Assembly: GCF_006345805.1 (NCBI RefSeq)
Contig: NC_042998.1
Location: forward strand, 194,742,001-194,806,000
DNA length: 64,000 nucleotides
Reading direction: 5' to 3'
From: Octopus sinensis
Taxonomy: Eukaryota
Positions 50,331 to 60,227 of the stretch are shown here, in pieces; position 1 is the stretch's first letter; each line of letters opens with the position of its first letter. Made by a program: the position numbers and the translations under genes. The notes below the pieces were generated by a model, which saw only the letters and a program-made list of their open reading frames with translations, was not told the origin of the DNA and ran no database searches.

Positions 50331-51871
50331 AAAGATGAATGAGAGGTGCCTCTGATGATAGGGATATGTGAGGTACAGGGATGAGCAGCTGGTGGTAAAG
50401 ACAACCTTAAGAATCAGCCCAAACGGATAACAACAATGCAAGCAAGATAACAATGGATAGATCAATTAAGAGAGATATGCAACAGGCCAATATTATTCCA
50501 GGCGGAGGGCATGCAAGAAATTGGACCCCATTTGGCAACTCAAAAATACTTGATAGTATGTGTAAATAATTTATGAATGTACTGATATGCAAATGAGCAA
50601 AATCAACACCAATTAAAGAATTTTAAGAAATGCTCCTAAGCTGCTTCCTCTGTCTTTAAGAGGAATAGAAGTAGACACACTTGATAACGAGACATCAATA
50701 ACCAATTGAAATGAATTGAGTTGTTCTTGGGTTCACCATGCAAGCATAGGCCTGTTGACTAAACACAGGGCTATGTCTACACAGCTTGGCTGTGTGCACA
50801 TTGCTAAACATACTCATGTGAACTTACTTATAATTTAACTGCATACACACACAGTTTCAGTACTTTAGTTATTCTTATTTACCTTATTATTTCCAAAAGG
50901 ATTTAAAGTCAAACTATGTTATCCCTTGGGACAAATACGTCAATGTGAGACTTAATGAGAGATTAAAAAAATTTATGATTAGTGACGAGTGATCACTTCA
51001 TTAATTCTTTTTAATGTCAGAAAGATGATAATCTCAGTGTACTTAGAAATTAAGTCTTTTTATGTTGGCTACTGTTTAGTGTTAATAGATTTAAGTACTG
51101 GCTATTTTCTGTGGCATAAAAGATAACTGGTTTCCAACCTTTTATCATCACGACTCATTTCAGCAAATCAGTAATTTATTTCTGAGATATATTTCAGTTA
51201 GTTATAAACCTCAACCTACAAATCTGTGACCTTATAACATTGGTAGACAATGGTAAAAACGAACATTTGGAGCTTGGTCTATTAAAGAACAGATGAATTA
51301 AAAACTAAAGGAGAAAAGAATATGTGGTCATTTCTTGGTCATTTCATGATCAATATTCTTCTTAAAAAGGGAGCAATAATATTTCATTGTTGTTGTTGTT
51401 ATTGTTGTACAGTTCCTGATCTACAAATATATGATCAAAAATGCTCTATCCATGACCATCCAGCTTTCTGTGTATCTAGAAATGCTTTATTCAATGAATC
51501 TTTCTAAGGATGGTAGGGTGTCATTTGAAGGATATCTGACAGCTATTTCTAGCAAGTTAAGTAACAACATAGAAGCTTCTGTCGTTGGTTCAAAAGTATC
51601 CTACCACAATTTTTATAAATTCCAGTCTAATCTCGTTGTTTTGCTAATTTGATCACATTGGCAACAGAAACTATCATCTATGCTTAGTGTGACATCTGAG
51701 CAGGTCAAAGACCTATTTCATGAGTTCTCCCACAGTTAACTACACCGTTATGTATATTACTCATAAAGTTCAAGTAGCTAAGATTAAAAGTTGAATTGAT
51801 AGAGAGTGGAATTTTGTATTTGAAAACTGTACAGAAGCCTGTCCTATGTGTTGGTAATAACTTTTACATGA

Positions 51872-52286
51872 TGGCAAGCTGGCAGAAACGTTAGCACGCC
51901 GGGCGAAATGCTTAGCGACATTTCGCCTGCCGTTACGTTCTGAGTTCAAATTCCGCCGAGGTCGACTTTGCCTTTCATCCTTTCGGGGTCGATAAATTAA
52001 GTACCAGTTATGCACTGGAGTCGATATAATCGACTTAATCCGTTTGTCTGTTCTTGTTTGTCCTCTCTATGTTTTCCCCATTGTAGGTAGTAAAGAAATA
52101 GGTATTTCGTCTGCCGTTACGTTCTGGGTTCAAATTCCGCCGAGGTTGACTTTGCCTTTCATCCTTTCAGGGTCGATAAATTAAGTACCAGTTATGCACC
52201 GGAGTCGATATAATCGACTTAATCCGTTTGTCTGTCCTTGTTTGTCCCCTCTGTGTTTAGCCCCTTGTGGGTAGTTAAAAATAAAA
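51872..52286 (+). mobile_element. Family A SINE dimer
   Basis: Full unit, then AAAGAAATAG|GTATTTCGTCTGCC second unit. Confidence 0.9.
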
Positions 52287-52748
52287 TAATTTTTACATGA
52301 CATCATAGTTCATACTAAAAAATCAAAGTTTATATGATAATCTACTATGCAGTATATCACTTCTTGATGACTAATTTATCGGCAAAGATTATAACAAAAA
52401 CTGTTATCTCTGAAATGTAGTTTCATGCCAAGATTCTCCTTTAAATTCACACCCTAATTAGATATGGGCTGACATTTGAAAAGGTTAAATTAAATGGGAA
52501 ACTTTTAGGAAAGCTACCATTTAGAAAGAAAATGAAATGAAATTACAGAAACAATTTATCTCTGTACATAAACACCCAAACATCAGTAACAACAAGAACA
52601 ACAACAAACTATGAGGTTGATTAATGCAATATCATACAAATTGTTGATGTTGTGTTTGTCAGGAACATAGAATTAACTTAACTCGCAGCCCAATCTACAT
52701 TTCTGACTAATATGTAGGAGGAAGCAGTGCACAACTTATTTCCTTCAG

Positions 52749-52818
52749 TACTTCTATTAATGAGAACCAGTTGCCAGTACTTGGCTGTTTGAGTTCTATA
52801 ATGAATGCTTATTATATA
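52749..52818 (+). CDS. Candidate 70 nt exon (phase 2-0), unidentified
   Basis: TTATTTCCTTCAG acceptor, ATA|GTAAGT donor, single open frame TSINENQLPVLGCLSSIMNAYYI. Confidence 0.25.
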
Positions 52819-53149
52819 GTAAGTATATTGGTGTGATAGTAGTAAGAGTTGACTTTCATTTGCAAAAGAATAGGTGGTTTCTATTGGTCACCAGTGACAT
52901 TTATGTTGACTGTGATAATGGAATGTGAATACCAGTAAAAGGAAAATTATAAAAAGAGTTCAGCAGGGGTGTGGCAGCAAGCAGTCTATATTGGCTCATG
53001 TTCATAGTTTTGTGATATTTAGAGCTGAACTGAGTGAGAGTTGGGTGTTACGTTTCAGAAAATTCAGACATCAGTGTGAGGATTGTTTTTTTTAAAAAAT
53101 TTTTAGTGTCAGTTGTCCTTTAGAAAAAAGGCATTTGGAAGTTAGTTTC

Positions 53150-53458
53150 TCTCTCTCTCTCTCTTTCCTCTGTGTGTGAGTGTGTGTGTGTGTGTGTGTG
53201 TGTTGTGTGTGTGTTCATTTATCCATCAGTCCGTCTGTCTTTCAGTCCTTCTGTCCGCCTGCCCGCCCGTCCGTCTGTCTGTCTGTCTGTCTGTCTATTC
53301 TTTGTCCGTCCGTCCGCTTGCCCGCCCGCCCGCCCGCCCGCCCGTCCGTCCGTCCGCCCGCCCGCCCGCCCGTCCGCCCGCCCGTCTGTCTGTCTATTCT
53401 TTTACTGGTTTCAGTGCCTTTAAAAGACTTAATGTGCTTGCAAAGGGATGTATGTATG

Positions 53459-53480
<22 letters not shown>
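53150..53480. repeat. Compound microsatellite including a (CCGC/CCGT)n tract
   Basis: Direct inspection. Confidence 0.9.
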
Positions 53481-53489
<9 letters not shown>

Positions 53490-53916
53490 ATATAAATATA
53501 GTAGGGTTCAGTCCCACTGCATGTCACCTACAATGACCCCAGACCATCTAAAGCCCTGTGAGTGAGTGAATTTGGTAGACAAAAGTTGAAAGAAGCCTAT
53601 TGTGTGTGTGTATGTGTGTATGTGTGTGTGCACTTGTTTGTGTGTGTGGGTGTGTGTGTCACCTTGTCTTGACATTGTGTGATAATGTTACACACCAACA
53701 TTCCCATCATACCAGCCGCGTCATTCACTTCCAATTTTTCACATAAACATGTCCGGCCATTGGGAAAATATTACCTTGCTTGGAAAACAGGTGAGGGTTG
53801 GTGACGTGATGGGCATCTGGTTGTAGGGAATCTGCCTTGGTAAATTTAATTTGACTCATGCAAGCATGAAAAAGTGGAAATTAAAATGAGGGATGATGAT
53901 GTTGATATGTGTGTCT

Positions 53917-54222
53917 TGTTTGAAAATCGATGGAAGAATGTAGCATGGATGTCGTGTATGGATGGAACCTCATGAATGCGACACAGGATGTAACTCAGGT
54001 ATCAGTGGCGAGGCGGGGCTCGTGGGGTCCGAATTAAACCCGATCCCCCCCACTCCATCTGTAATGTCTTCTGGTCTGTCCTACCATTCGATTTTATTAT
54101 ATTTTCTTATTTTTGTAAAATTTTCAATGTCATTTTTTTGTATAATCATTCGCTCATCTGACCCCAAAATCAGATTGTACTGTCCCCTCTTTGTTGGCCC
54201 CTTGTGGGTAATAAAACAATCA
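53917..54222 (+). mobile_element. 5'-truncated L1/Tx1-type LINE 3' end
   Basis: 18 bp TSD ATGTTGATATGTGTGTCT at 53899-53916 and 54223-54240; ORF end FENRWKNVAWMSCMDGTS*; T-rich UTR; AATAAA near the end. Clade assignment is inferred. Confidence 0.7.
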
Positions 54223-55169
54223 ATGTTGATATGTGTGTCTGTCTGAGAAAGTGGAGTGAATGGGATGGATTTGTGAATGAAGGAAGAGAGAGGGATGAAA
54301 ACCAACAATGAAGAATGGATGTCAACAGGGGAAGAACCACAGTTGTTTGAGTGAGGAGAAGGGGTCTCAGTTATATGCATAGTATGCATATACATTATTC
54401 TTTGAGATCCTCAGTTATATGGTTGGGTAAGTTTTCTTGAGTGTTACATGTTATCTATCATCTTGGTCCTTTATCATCTCTTCTGTAAGTTTCAGCATCT
54501 TGAGATCAACCTTCATCACCTCATCCCATGTCTTCCTTTTCTCCAGATTGTTTTTACTATGAGTGATTGGCACTTCTTTATACTACCACATTCACTAGCT
54601 TCAAAATCATAGACTGATCAAAATATTTTCCCTTCTATTCAATAAAATTATTTCCTTCTGTTTGCTCATTCTGAGGTGCAATTTGTTTTTGTAATGTCCT
54701 TCAGGATAAGAATATTTCAGTTTGCTACAAGTGACTTTTGAGTTATTTTTACCAACATGTCCTTAAGTAAAAAAACAAAACAAAAGCAAAAACAGCAGCA
54801 AAAAAAAAAAAAATTATTATATGAAATAAATAAAAGTGCAAAAGAATATAGAGATAAATTAACTGGAACAAGATCTAGTTTTAACGAAAAAGCAGCCATC
54901 TACACATTGTTGGGAAACTGCCACCTGTGTTAATCAGGACACCCCACGTTCCTGATTAAGCAACTTTATTTTCACTCAGTATCGTTCATAAGTGGATATT
55001 CTAGAATCCTCTGTGAGTTATAGTAGGTTAGTGAATCAGGATAAATTACTCCAAGTGGAGTAACAATGAAATTCTTGGGAGTAACAAATGTGTTATTTGT
55101 TACAACAGAAATTTTTCTTCTGGCAACACTGTATCTGTCCAATGTAATGGATGTGTAAATAGATTCATG

Positions 55170-55780
55170 TAGAAAGATTCAATAAAAGAAATTCAATAAA
55201 CCTTTTGAATTTTAAGAATCTATGATTTTCTTCCTTTGAAATCAAGTGGGTAATGTCGACATAAATAAATATATTTTGGGATAATTGATTAAAAAAGTTC
55301 CCTGACTCCTGTAGTTGGTGAATAGGGCCCATATCCTGTGGAATGTTGACATAGAGCATCTCATAACATCTGTTGGTCTGGCACCTGGGCTTTCTGCCAT
55401 TCATGCTGTATTTTAAGACTCCCCATACAGCACCCTGTACAGGATATGAGTTTGGAATTATTTTGTGGAGTTATGAGGATTTTTAGTATGTTTATTGCAA
55501 CCTCACTTGACCACAGATCACCAAAAGTTACATTAGCACTGACTACCCACTCATATTTTGGTATGGAAGTGACTACAAGCCAAGGATTGATGTTGTCACC
55601 AATGTTTCTGATGGTGACACTTGTGTTTCCTTTTGTCCAAAATGTGTGATTAATTTATGAGCAGGTCTGCCTTCAATTATTTGGGTTTGTACTTTTGCTG
55701 CATCCTCTGTTTTAAAAACAAACACATATGGTACTTTATACCTTTTCTCTCCATTCTTCAAAATCTCTCTTATGCACAAA
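55170..55780 (-). pseudogene. Frameshifted ORF remnant, possibly LINE ORF1 (RRM-like)
   Basis: VFVFKTEDAAKVQTQIIEGRP / FWTKGNTSVTIRNIGDNINPWLVV... in successive frames; similarity is by eye only. Confidence 0.35.
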
Positions 55781-55799
55781 CTAATTAAGACTAATTAAG

Positions 55800-57055
55800 A
55801 CTGCTGCAGGAGAAATACCTAGCCAAAGATAAACCTCTGTACTTGGCTCTCGTTGACATGGAAAAAGCCTTTGACAGGATCCCCCGATCCCTTATCTGGT
55901 GGTCAATGATGAAACTAGGGATAGATGAATGGTTAGTGAGAGCTGTGCAAGCCATGTACAGTGACGCTGTCAGTAAGGTGAGGGTTGGTAATGAGTACAG
56001 TGACGAATTCTGGGTAGGATTATGGGTCCACCAAGGATCAGTTCTCAGGCCCCTCTTATTCATCATAGTCCTCCAGGCAATAACAGAGAAATTCAAGACA
56101 AGATGCCCCTGGGAGCTCCTCTATGCTGATGACAAAAGTTTCAGGTGTGGAAGCAAGGATTAGAATTGAAGAGCCTTAGAGTCAACCTAGTTGAAACCAA
56201 AGTCTTAATAAGTTGGAAGGCAGACAAACCACAAATCTCTTCAGGTAGAGATCTGCTCGATCTGTAGAAAAAGCGTAGGTAGAAACTCCATAAGATGTAC
56301 CCAGTGTAAGCTATGGACACATAAAAGGTGCAGCAATATGAAAAGAAAGCTAACTTGGAAGATAGCTTTGTATGTGGTAGATGTGCAGAGAATAGCTTCT
56401 GTCACATTCCAGGGAGAAAAACTACAAGTAGTTGATAGCTTCTGTTACCTAGGGGACCAAGTCAGTAGTGGGGGGTGGATGCTCTGAGAGTGTAGCTGCT
56501 AGAATAAGAATAGCCTGGGCAAAGTTCAGAGAGCTCCTACTTCTGCTAGTGACAAAGGGCCTCTCACAGAGAGTAAAGGGTAGACTGTATGATGCATGTG
56601 TATGAACAGCCATGCTACATGGCAGTGGAACATGGGCTGTGACTGCTCAGGAGATGCATAAGCTTGCAAGGAATGAAGCCAATATGCTCTGCTGGATGTG
56701 TAATATTAGTGTGCATACTCAACAGAATGTAAGTACTCTGAGAGAAAAGTTGGACCTAAGAGGCATCAGATGTGGTGTGCAAGAGAGACGACTGCACTGA
56801 TATGGTCATGTGCTGCGAATGAATGAGGACAGCTGTGCGAAAAAGTGTCACACCCTATCAGTTGAGGGAACCAGTGGAATAGGTAGACCCAGGAAAATCT
56901 GAGATGAGGGGTGAAGCAAGACCTTTGAACATTGGGCCTTGCAGAGGCAATGACTAGTGACTGAGACTTCTGGAGATATGTTGTGCTTGAGAAGACCCAA
57001 CAAATGAGAGCATAGCCCATGGCCTATACCAGTGGGTATAACCAGTCCACTTATG
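55800..57055 (+). mobile_element. RTE-clade LINE fragment (RT core, PHD insertion, C-terminus, start of 3' UTR)
   Basis: QEKYLAK.KPLYLA.VDMEKAFDRIPR...VHQGSVL.PLLFIIVL...PWELLYADD, LRVNL..TKV, PHD, F.YLGD, WAKFREL, VQERRLH*YGHV. Confidence 0.9.
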
Positions 57056-57065
57056 AATAGATATA

Positions 57066-57902
57066 CAGGGGTTGGACAAAATAATGGAAACACCTTAAAA
57101 TTTCAAACAAATTTAATTTAATAAAGGGTAGGATAACCTTTGGTAGTAATTACAGAGTGAATTCTATGAAGTATGAACTTGTACAAAGTTTGAATTATTT
57201 TCAAAGGAGTTTTTGTCCATTCTGCCGCTAAAACAGTCTCCAGTTCTTGTAGTGATGATGGTGGAAGATATCAACTCCTTACTTATTTTTCTAAAATGCA
57301 CTATAGAAAGATAGGTTGTTGTCCTTCTAATGTGACTCTACTCAGAAGGCTGAAATCTCATTTGAAGGAAATCTGGTATAAAGAAATACATGGAACAAGG
57401 TGGTAACTTTAAATATCTTTAATGTTTTGGTTTATTTCCGGAGTTTTGTTTCGACGAGGAGGTTTTTCCCCCTTTCTCAAAGGCCGCCATAACTTTCGAG
57501 ACAGGTATACAGGCATCCAGCAACAGGACCTCCGTAATGCCATGATGGACCGTGAAGTCTGGCGTAGCATAGTAAATTCCATTTTCTCGACCACGGTCGA
57601 ACAATGATGATGATGATACACCAAACATTTCGGCTGTTTTACGTAACGCTAGCGCCTGCCATACGAGCACCAACAATTTGACCTCTTAGAAAGTCCGATA
57701 GATCTGTCATTTTAACGAATTTTAATTACCTTATTCTGATGATATCTGCAAAGAAACAGCAATTTTAGCAAAACATATTAAGCAATACTACTAATAAATA
57801 AAAAAAAAACATAAAAATAAACAAACCTTTGATGGTTTTATAGATATTTAAAAATTAGGATGCTATGATGCTAGGTGTTTCCATTATTTTGTCCAACCCC
57901 TG
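57066..57902 (-). mobile_element. Tc1 deletion derivative with perfect 30 bp TIRs
   Basis: CAGGGGTTGGACAAAATAATGGAAACACCT at 57066-57095 and its exact reverse complement at 57873-57902; TA flanks. Transposase N-terminus MTDLSDFLRGQIVGARMAGASV (ATG at 57710) and C-terminus PPSSLQELETVLAAEW...KGYPTLY*; DDE core deleted. Confidence 0.92.
57499..57617 (+). mobile_element. Short RTE-type 3' end nested in the Tc1 transposase
   Basis: TGIQQQDLRNAMMDREVWRSIVNSIFSTTVEQ* plus (TGA)n; lies between MFGVS and VSKVMAAFEK of the transposase. Confidence 0.8.
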
Positions 57903-58403
57903 TACATACATTTGACACAGAACCAAGTTCGTTATGGTCAATAAGTAATCGATCTTTGCATGAACTCGATATAAAAATGCAGCTGCTTTCAAGTTTATAC
58001 ATTGATATTGCTTTTTTTGGGGTGGTGGAGGAAGGCGTCGAAGGTAGGAGGAAAGAAAATACTTATTCTTTTGTACTTTTAATAGCATTTTGATTTCCAG
58101 GTTGAGCGAAGAAACGAGGTTAGGTATAAAACAAGTACCCCAAGCAAACCTTTGGCAAACTCTAAAAGAAAAAGAAAATCAAATTGATAAATTCGAGCAC
58201 CCCTCCTCCCAGTCGTAATTGTTTCTTATTAAGGTATATTTTTTTTAGAAGAGAAGAAACGAGATAGTTTGATGTTCATATTTATTCCAAACAACAGAGA
58301 AATAAGTTCGATCCAACTGCGAATCGAACCCACGTTGAGACGTTTATTTGTAGGTTTCTGAAAATCTTATTCCACCACATGCGCAACATTCGCAACCAGC
58401 TAT

Positions 58404-58711
58404 GGGTACTACTTGAGAACAGTGGTCCCGGTGCGCGCTCTCGCGTACTCCGCTAGCTAGTCATGACTAATCGATCCTTACTTTGTGCTTTTGTTATTTA
58501 CTTCGTTTAAAAAACTATTTACTTTGTGTTTTTGTGTTTTAATTACTTTGTTTAACAAAAACTATTAACTTTGTGTAAAAAAAATTATTTATTTTGTGTT
58601 TCATTTACTTTGCTAGATAGTCGTTGTAGGATCGACTACTTACGACTAGCTAGCGCGGATGCGCGACTGCGCGTGTGCGCTCACCGGGACCACTGTTCGC
58701 TAGTAGTACCC
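58404..58711. mobile_element. CpG-rich MITE with ~85-90 bp imperfect TIRs
   Basis: GGGTACTACT..GAACAGTGGTCCCGGTG...GCTAGCTAGTC mirrored at the right end; direct repeat CAGCTAT at 58397-58403 and 58712-58718. Confidence 0.85.
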
Positions 58712-58759
58712 CAGCTATGCATTTGCTAAACAGATATTAGATATCAAAAGCAGGTCCTT

Positions 58760-59420
58760 AACTCAGAACCTTAATTTCACCATGTTTAGTTAGGTGTACG
58801 GGGGATGTCAGTCGGCCGAGCCGTAGTATGGCAGCGCGACCCAAATAACACGGTACGCGTCGGATTGCATGCAACAGGGGGGGAGGGGGAGAGAGAGAGA
58901 GAGAGAGAGAGCAACAATTCTTATTACTATGTAAGCAATCACGTGACATTGCTGGCTCTTCTCTCCACTGCTCGAACACCCTACCGATAACCCGATCTAA
59001 ATCGATCGAACCCATTCGAAATAAACATCTCATCTCAAAAATCCCGATCGGACCATGTAGCTTAAATATATATTCATTTTTATACCCGACCCCAGTTTCG
59101 TTTGCATTGAAATATCGCGTTTAATCGAGTAAAACTGCCTTCTTAGCGGCTGGGGTGTGGTGCATGACTTTGAGAGAGCTGCACACAAGTGTTACATCCA
59201 TCACAGACGCCATATCATCTGGTGGTAAACTCGCCTCTTGGTCTTCAGTTTACAGTGGAGTTTGTGTCTGCTTCCAGTTTATAGAAAAGGTAATATATAA
59301 TATATATATATTGAATGTCGTTTCCTTTACGTTCCTCTGTTTTTTTTTTTTGAATTTACGTGCAGGGAGGGTGTTATTTAAGAAGACGAAAAACTTTTCC
59401 CCCCCTCTGACTTAACATTT
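58760..59420. promoter_or_regulatory. CpG-rich promoter-like region with exon-like segments
   Basis: Dense CpG in unique sequence; TCACGTGAC E-box at about 58939; ~50% GC segment 59147-59289 bounded by TTCTTAG and AAG|GTAATA. Confidence 0.4.
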
Positions 59421-59467
59421 TTTCTGTCGACCGATATTCAATGCACAGCAACCATAAACTATGGTGC

Positions 59468-59469
<2 letters not shown>

Positions 59470-59518
<49 letters not shown>

Positions 59519-60030
59519 GATTTATATACATACATACACACACACACACACAGATTTATATACATACATACACACACACAGATTTATATATACACACACA
59601 CACACATATATATATATATACATACACACACACATATATATATATACATACACGCACACGTATATATATATATATATATACACATACACACATATATATA
59701 CATACACACATATATACACACACATATATATACATACACACACACACAGACATATATATATACACACACAGACATATATATATATACACACACAGACATA
59801 TATACACACACACACATATATATATACACATACACACATATATACATATATATACACACATATATATATATACACATATATACACACACATATATATATA
59901 CATACACACACACACACACATATATACACACACACATATATATACACACACATATATATATATACACACACATATATATACACACACATATATATATACA
60001 CACACACATATATACACACACACACACTCG
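59470..60030. repeat. Compound (TA)n/(CA)n microsatellite
   Basis: Direct inspection. Confidence 0.95.
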
Positions 60031-60142
60031 CACGCCATAGAGTGCGCGCGTATATATATATACCTCGGTAAATTTTTAAGGTAAAATTTTACCTATACCT
60101 CTAGTGACAGATCTTATTCTAAATAAGAGGAAAATATTTCTG

Positions 60143-60153
60143 CAAGATGGCGG
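60143..60153 (+). promoter_or_regulatory. YY1-like motif CAAGATGGCGG
   Basis: Close match to the canonical YY1 site CAAGATGGCGGC, in a CpG-retaining region. Confidence 0.3.
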
Positions 60154-60179
60154 GATCTCCCAGTCTCTCTCTCTCTCTC

Positions 60180-60227
<48 letters not shown>

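Noticed and set aside
50407-50592. Hydrophobic minus-strand ORF and an overlapping open plus frame (IIPGGGHARNWTPFG)
   Set aside because: Weak acceptor context, adjacent to a decayed LINE, no recognisable homology.
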